NCBI GenBank assembly: GCA_040954595.2
Contig: CM082596.2
Span: 10,904,454-10,968,453 of the forward strand
DNA length: 64,000 nt
DNA from: Balanoglossus misakiensis
Lineage: Eukaryota > Animalia > Hemichordata
Direction: 5' to 3'
Below, piece by piece: positions 56,146-64,000 of the stretch. The first letter of the stretch is position 1; each line of letters begins with the position of its first letter. The position numbers and the translations under genes are program-made. The notes under the pieces are model-generated. The model had not been told where the DNA came from, did not search any database, and saw nothing but the letters and a program-made list of their open reading frames with translations.

Positions 56146-57306
56146 GGGACCGTTCAGTTTTTACGGCCGGGGGGGGGGGGGGGGGGAGGAGGGGGCGGCA
56201 AAATCCAAGGGGGGGGGTCACTTAAATTTTGAAGTCCACAAGGGGGGGTCATCTGGATTTTTTAAACGTTTAGGGGGGGTCACATACTTTTGCCACCGAA
56301 CTTTTGCTTTTGAGTCCACAAAATTGCAGTTTCGCACCCTTTATTTTACAAAATTTTCTAATGTGGGAGGGGGACACCCACCCCCTTCATTCTCCGCCAC
56401 ATTTCATTTTTTGCTGGTTTGTCTAGTGTACCAGGGCAGAGTGCTTGCCACCCCAACATCACCGATGATAATATTTAACAAAGTGAATACATAAAGGAGA
56501 ATAATTGTTTAAACCATTTTGCATAACTGATAGTTTCGCGCTGCATCTTCTATATACTAGAAGTTTTATAAATGATGTCATGACAAGATGACGCCAAATC
56601 TTCTAACTTTGAGTGGAGTGGCAAAAAGTAAAATCCTCCCAAACATTGAGATAATTTGCTTTTGAGTTCATTAAAATGCAACTTTGCGCTACATATTTTA
56701 CAAAATTTTCTTATGTGGGAGGGGGACACCCCCTCCCACACCCACCCCTCCATTCAAGGCCACATTGCATTTATTCACTGGTTTGTCTAGTGTACCAGGG
56801 AAGACTTCTTGCCACCCCACCTCGATGCTTACTTTGAGTGGAGTGGCAAAATTAAAATTTGTCCTCCCTAACATTGAGTTAATTTGCTTTTGAGTTCATT
56901 AAATTGCAACTTTGAGCACCGTATTTTACAAAATTTTCTTACGCCCACCCCCACCACTTTTCTTGTTTTACCGATTCTAGCAACTATTGTATTGACTTGT
57001 CATTTTCTTTTGTTCATAGATTTCTTTATTGCAACTATATACTATTATATACTTCAATAATACTTTAAGAAATATATAATTGAGGTGTGAGGAGCCTCAT
57101 TCCCTTTATTGCATACAGTGTACATAGGATCAGAACGGCGAATATTTTGGGCGTGGGGGGGGGGTTCATCATATTTTTGGGTCTGTCAAAGGGGGGGTCA
57201 TCATTTTTTGGTCCTGGGTGAAGGGGGGGGGGGTTGGCCTGATTTTGAGAACCGATGACTCAAACTTGCCACCCCCCCCCCCCTGCCGTAAAAACTGAAC
57301 GGTCCC
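56146..57306. mobile_element. PIF/Harbinger-like MITE (mirror copy, both TIRs intact)
   Basis: TAA|GGGACCGTTCAGTTTTTACGGC...GCCGTAAAAACTGAACGGTCCC|TAA. Confidence 0.82.
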
Positions 57307-60300
57307 TAAATGGTATTCAAAGAAAGGTCACGTAACAGGATATGTATAGTTTCAAGGCTTTGTTTTGGAATAACGAATTCTCTACAAGATTTAAGTGGAA
57401 CAGTCACACAGAATGAAAACAAATATGGAAAGAGTTATGCTGGAATGTTGTAAGGGATAGATTAATATTGCAAATAATGTAATTTCTTATATCATAAATG
57501 GTATTCAAAGAAAGGTCACATAACAGGATATGTTTAGTTTCAAGGCTTTGTTTTGGAATAACGAATTCTGTACAAGATTTAAGTGGAACAGTCACAGAAT
57601 GAAAACAAATATGGAAAGAGTTATGCTGGAATGTTGTAAGGGATAGATTAATATTGCAAATAATGTAATTTCTTACATCATAAATGGTATTCAAAGAAAG
57701 GTCACGTAACAGGATATGTTATACAAAAAAAGACATGTATATTTTCAAGGCTTTGTTTTGGAATAACAAATTCTCTCCAAGATTTAAGTGAAACAGTCAC
57801 AGAATGAAAACAAATATGGAAAGAGTTATGCCGGAATGTTGTAAAGGTTAGAATAATATTGCACATAATTTAATTTCTTACATCATAAATGGAATTCAAA
57901 GAATGGTCACATAACAGGATATGTTTTACTAAAAAGACTTATGTATAGTTTCAAGGGTTTGTGTTGAAATACTGAATTCACTACAAGATGTAAGTGGAAC
58001 AGTCACAGAATGAAAGCAAATATGGAAAGAGTTATGCTGGAATGTTGTAAGGGATAGATTAATATTGCAAATAATTTAATTTCTTACATCATAAATAGAA
58101 TTCAAAGAAAGGTCATATAAGAGGATATGTATAGTTTCAAGGCTTTGTTTTGGAATAACAAATTCTCTACAAGATTTAAGTGGAACAGTCACAGAATGAA
58201 AACAAATATGGAAAGAGTTATGCCGGAATGTTGTAAGGGATAGATTAATATTGCAAATAATTTAATTTCTTACATCATAAATGGAATTCAAAGAATGGTC
58301 ACATAACGGGCCATGTTTTACTAAAAAACTTCTGTACAGTTTCAAGGGTTTGTGTTGAAATACCGAATTCTCTCCAAGATTTAAGTGGAACAGTTACAGA
58401 ATGAAAACAAATATGGAAAGAGTTATGCTGGAATGTTGTAAGGGATAGATTAATATTGCAAATAATGTAATTTGTTACATCATAAATGGTATTCAAAGAA
58501 AGGTCACGTAACAGGATATGTATAGTTTCAAGGCTTTGTTTTGGAATAACGAATTCACTACAAGAATTAAGTGCAACAGTCACAAAATGAAAACAAATAT
58601 GGAAAGAGTTTTGCTGGAATGTTGTAAGGGATAGATTAATATTGCAAATAATGTAATTTCTTACATCATAAATGGTATTCAAAGAAAGGTCACATAACAG
58701 GATATGTATAGTTTCAAGGCTTTGTTTTGGAATAACGAATTCTCTACAAGATTTAAGTGGAACAGTCACAGAATGAAAACAAATATGGAAAGAGTTATGC
58801 TGGAATGTTGTATGGGATAGATTAATATTGCAAATAATGTAATTTCTTACATCATAAATGGTATTCAAAGAAAGGTCACGTAACAGGATATGAAAACAAA
58901 TGTGGAAAGAGTTATGCTGAGATGTTGTAAGGGATAGATTAATATTGCAAATAATGTAATTTGTTACATCATAAATGGTATTCAAAAAAAGGTCACGTAA
59001 CAGGATATGTATAGTTTCAAGGCTTTGTTTTGGAATAACGAATTCACTACAAGAATTAAGTGCAACAGTAACAAAATGAAAACAAATATGGAAAGAGTTT
59101 TGCTGGAATGTTGTAAGGGATAGATTAATATTGCAAATAATGTAATTTCTTACATCATAAATGGTATTCAAAGAAAGGTCACATAACAGGATATGTATAT
59201 TTTCAAGGCTTTGTTTTGGAATAACGAATTCTCTACAAGATTTAAGTGGAACAGTCACAGAATGAAAACAAATATGGAAAGAGTTATGCCAGAATGTTGT
59301 AAGGGATAGATTAATATTGCAAAAAAATAAATTTCTTACATCATAAATAGAATTCAAAGAATGGTCACATAACAGGCCATGCTTTACTAAAAAGACTTAT
59401 GTATAGTTTCAAGGGTTTGTGTTGAAATACCGAATTCTCTCCAAGATTTAAGTGGAACAGTCACAGAATTAAAACAAATATGGAAAGAGTTATGCTGGAA
59501 TGTTGTAAGGGATAGATTAATATTGCAAAGAATTTAATTTCTTACATCATAAATGGAATTCAAAGAAAGGTCACGTAACAGGATATGTATAATTTCAAGG
59601 CTTTGTGTTGAAATACCAAATTCTTTCCAAGATTTAAGTGGAACAGTCACAGAATGAAAACAAATATGGAAAGAGTTATGCTGGAATGTTGTAAGGGATA
59701 GATTAATATTGCAAATAATGTAATTTCTTACATCATAAATGGTATTCAAAGAAAGGTCACATAGGAGGATATGTATAGTTTCAAGGCTTTGTTCTGGAAT
59801 AACGAATTCTCTACAAGATTTAAGTGGAACAGTCACAGAATGAAAACAAATATGGAAAGAGTTATGCTGGAATGTTGTATGGGATAGATTAATATTGCAA
59901 ATAATGTAATTTCTTATATCATAAATGGTATTCAAAGAAAGGTCACATAACAGGATATGTTTAGTTTCAAGGCTTTGTTTTGGAATAACGAATTCTGTAC
60001 AAGATTTAAGTGGAACAGTCACAGAATGAAAACAAATATGGAAAGAGTTATGCTGGAATGTTGTAAGGGATAGATTAATATTGCAAATAATGTAATTTGT
60101 TACATCATAAATGGTATTCAAAGAAAGGTCACGTAACAGGATATGTATAGTTTCAAGGCTTTGTTTTGGAATAACGAATTCACTACAAGAATTAAGTGCA
60201 ACAGTCACAAAATGAAAACAAATATGGAAAGAGTTTTGCTGGAATGTTGTAAGGGATAGATTAATATTGCAAATAATGTAATTTCTTACATCATAAATGG

Positions 60301-63300
60301 TATTCAAAGAAAGGTCACATAACAGGATATGTATAGTTTCAAGGCTTTGTTTTGGAATAACGAATTCTCTACAAGATTTAAGTGGAACAGTCACAGAATG
60401 AAAACAAATATGGAAAGAGTTATGCTGGAATGTTGTATGGGATAGATTAATATTGCAAATAATGTAATTTCTTACATCATAAATGGTATTCAAAGAAAGG
60501 TCACGTAACAGGATATGAAAACAAATGTGGAAAGAGTTATGCTGAGATGTTGTAAGGGATAGATTAATATTGCAAATAATGTAATTTGTTACATCATAAA
60601 TGGTATTCAAAAAAAGGTCACGTAACAGGATATGTATAGTTTCAAGGCTTTGTTTTGGAATAACGAATTCACTACAAGAATTAAGTGCAACAGTAACAAA
60701 ATGAAAACAAATATGGAAAGAGTTTTGCTGGAATGTTGTAAGGGATAGATTAATATTGCAAATAATGTAATTTCTTACATCATAAATGGTATTCAAAGAA
60801 AGGTCACATAACAGGATATGTATATTTTCAAGGCTTTGTTTTGGAATAACGAATTCTCTACAAGATTTAAGTGGAACAGTCACAGAATGAAAACAAATAT
60901 GGAAAGAGTTATGCCAGAATGTTGTAAGGGATAGATTAATATTGCAAAAAAATAAATTTCTTACATCATAAATAGAATTCAAAGAATGGTCACATAACAG
61001 GCCATGCTTTACTAAAAAGACTTATGTATAGTTTCAAGGGTTTGTGTTGAAATACCGAATTCTCTCCAAGATTTAAGTGGAACAGTCACAGAATTAAAAC
61101 AAATATGGAAAGAGTTATGCTGGAATGTTGTAAGGGATAGATTAATGTTGCAAAGAATTTAATTTCTTACATCATAAATGGAATTCAAAGAATGGTCACA
61201 TAACAGGATATGTTTTACTAAAAAGACTTATGTATAATTTCAAGGGTTTGAGTTGAAATACTGAATTCACTACAAGATTTAAGTGGAACAGTCACAGAAT
61301 GAAAACAAATATGGAAAGAGTTATGCTGAGATGTTGTAAGGGATAAATTAATATTGCAATAATGTAATTTCTTACATCATAAATGGTATTCAAAGAAAGG
61401 TCACATAACAGGATATGTATAGTTTCAAGGCTTTGTTTTGGAATAACGAATTCTCTACAAGATTTAAGTGGAACAGTCACAGAATGAAAACAAATATGAA
61501 AAGAGTTATGCTGGAATGTTGTATGGGATAGATTAATATTGCAAATAATGTAATTTCTTACATCATAAATGGTATTCAAAGAAAGGTCACATAACAGGAT
61601 ATGTATAGTTTCAAGGCTTTGATTTGGAATAACGAATTTCTACAAGATTTAAGTGGAACAGTCACAGAATGAAAACAAATATGGAAAGAGTTATGCTGGA
61701 ATGTTGTAAGGGATATTTTACTATTGCAAATAATGTAATTTCTTACATCATAAATGGTATTCAAAGAAAGGACACGTAACAGGATATGAAAACAAATATG
61801 GAAAGAGTTATGCTGAGATGTTGTAAGGGATAGATTAATATTGCAAATAATGTAATTTGTTACATCATAAATGGTATTCAAAGAAAGGTCACGTAACAGG
61901 ATATGTATAGTTTCAAGGCTTTGCTTTGGAATAACGAATTCACTACAAGATTTAAGTGGAACAGTCACAGAATGAAAACAAATATGAAAAGAGTTATGCC
62001 GGAATGTTGTAAGGGATAGATTAATATTGCAAATAATTTAATTTCTTACATCATAAATGGAATTCAAAGAATGGTCACATAACGGGCCATGTTTTACTAA
62101 AAAACTTCTGTATAGTTTCAAGGGTTTGTGTTGAAATTTCGAATTCTCTCCAAGATTTAAGTGGAACAGTTACAGAATGGAAACAAATATTGAAATAGTT
62201 ATGCTGGAATGTTGTAAGGGATAGATTAATATTGCAAAAAAAATAAATTTCTTACATCATAAATAGAATTCAAAGAATGGTCACATAACAGGCCATGCTT
62301 TACTAAAAAGACTTAATATGTATAGTTTGAAGGCTTTGTTTTGGAATAACGAATTCTCTACAAGATTTAAGTGGAATAGTCACAGAATGAAAACAAATAT
62401 GGAAAGAGTTATGCTGGAATGTTGTAAGGGATAGAATAATATTGCATAAAATTTAATTTCTTACATCATAAATGGAATTCAAAGAATGGTCACATAACTG
62501 GATATGTTTTACTAAAAAGACTTATGTATAGGTTCAAGAATTTGTGTTGAAATACCAAATTCTCTACAAGATTTAAGTGGAACAGTCACAGAATGAAAAC
62601 AAATATGGAAAGAGTTATGTCGGAATGTTGTAAGGAATAGATTAATATTGCAAATAATTTAATTTCTTACATCATAAATGGAATTCAAAGAAAGGTCACG
62701 TAACAGGATATGTATAGTTTCAAGCCTTTGTTTTGGAGTAACGAATTCTCTACAAGATTTAAGTGGAACAGTCACAGAATGAAAACAAATATGGAAAGAG
62801 TTATGCTGAAATGTTGTAAGGGATAGATTAATATTGCATAAAATTTAATTACTTACATCATAAATGGAATTCAAAGAATGGTCACATAACTGGATATGTT
62901 TTACTAAAAAGAATTATGTATAGGTTCAAGAATTTGTGTTGAAATACCAAATTCTCTACAAGATTTAAGTGGAACAGTCACAGAATGAAAACAAATATGG
63001 AAAGAGTTATGTCGGAATGTTGTAAGGGATAGATTAATATTGCAAATAATTTAATTTCTTACATCATAAATGGAATTCAAAGAATGGTCACATAACGGGC
63101 CATGTTTTACTAAAAAGACTTATGTATAGTTTCAAGGCTTTGTTTTGGAATAACGAATTCTCTCCAAGATTTAAGTTGAACAGTTACAGAATGAAAACAA
63201 ATATGGAAAGAGTTATGCCGGAATGTTGTAAGGGATAGATTAATATTGCAAATAATTTAATTTCTTACATCATAAATGGAATTCAAACAAAACGTCACGT

Positions 63301-64000
63301 AACACGATATGTATAGTTTCAAGGCTTTGTTTTGGAATAACGAATTCTCTACAAGATTTAAGTGGAACAGTCACAGAATGAAAACAAATATGGAAAGAGT
63401 TATGCCGGAATGTTGTAAGGAATAGATTAATATTGCAAATAATTTAATTTCTTACATCATAAATGGAATTCAAAGAAAGGTCACGTAACAGGATATGTAT
63501 AGTTTCAAGCCTTTGTTTTGGAGTAACGAATTCTCTACAAGATTTAAGTGGAACAGTCACAGAATGAAAACAAATATGGAAAGAGTTATGCTGAAATGTT
63601 GTAAGGGATAGAATAATATTGCATAAAATTTAATTTCTTACATCATAAATGGAATTCAAAGAATGGTCACATAACTGGATATGTTTTACTAAAAAGACTT
63701 ATGTATAGGTTCAAGAATTTGTGTTGAAATACCAAATTCTCTACAAGATTTAAGTGGAACAGTCACAGAATGAAAACAAATATGGAAAGAGTTATGTCGG
63801 AATGTTGTAAGGGATAGATTAATATTGCAAATAATTTAATTTCTTACATCATAAATGGAATTCAAAGAATGGTCACATAACGGGCCATGTTTTACTAAAA
63901 AGACTTATGTATAGTTTCAAGGCTTTGTTTTGGAATAACGAATTCTCTCCAAGATTTAAGTTGAACAGTTACAGAATGAAAACAAATATGGAAAGAGTTA
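57307..64000 (-). repeat. Satellite array in inverted orientation, with 186-, ~206- and 117-bp monomers and a ~1625-bp higher-order duplication
   Basis: Reverse complement of the 1-4018 monomer. 62-aa periodic ORFs start at 59357 and 60982. Confidence 0.97.

Larger units (their letters stand above)
31246..57306. repeat. Right arm of giant palindrome (non-satellite part)
   Basis: Reverse complement of 4019-30671 apart from several indels and SNPs. Confidence 0.98.

Noticed and set aside
4019-57306. Whole island as a 53-kb composite transposon inserted in satellite
   Set aside because: The flanks are mirror images cut at the same base (TTA / TAA), not a direct TSD with co-oriented satellite.
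4019-57306. Pure sequencing fold-back chimera
   Set aside because: The arms differ by a clean LINE insertion and reciprocal indels, and there is a unique spacer. A haplotype mis-join is not excluded.
58299-60982. 352-aa and 482-aa repetitive ORFs as a repeat protein
   Set aside because: They arise from 186-bp (62-codon) monomers with a TAA-to-TAC variant. They begin at TTG and break in neighbouring monomers.

Overview
AT-rich eukaryotic DNA, probably from a marine invertebrate (inferred from the transposon families only). I recognise no intact host gene. Nearly the whole window is one giant palindrome: the left arm (~4019-30671) and right arm (31246-~57306) are near-identical reverse complements around a 574-bp spacer (30672-31245). 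Both arms run outward into the same ~186/206-bp satellite in opposite orientations (1-4018 and 57307-64000). The arms are a mosaic of decayed transposons: L2/CR1 and RTE-X LINEs, a Crypton-type tyrosine recombinase pseudogene, Harbinger-, Kolobok- and Academ-like MITEs, and Helentron-like repeats. The arms differ by a 581-bp L2 insertion, by 129-, 64- and 36-bp indels and by scattered SNPs. Most notable are: a fold-back hairpin with a duplicated GGCTGC at the centre, related Harbinger-like MITE sequence at all three structural junctions, and seven CTCF-consensus motifs arranged divergently around the axis. All family assignments come from motif recognition by eye, not database searches.
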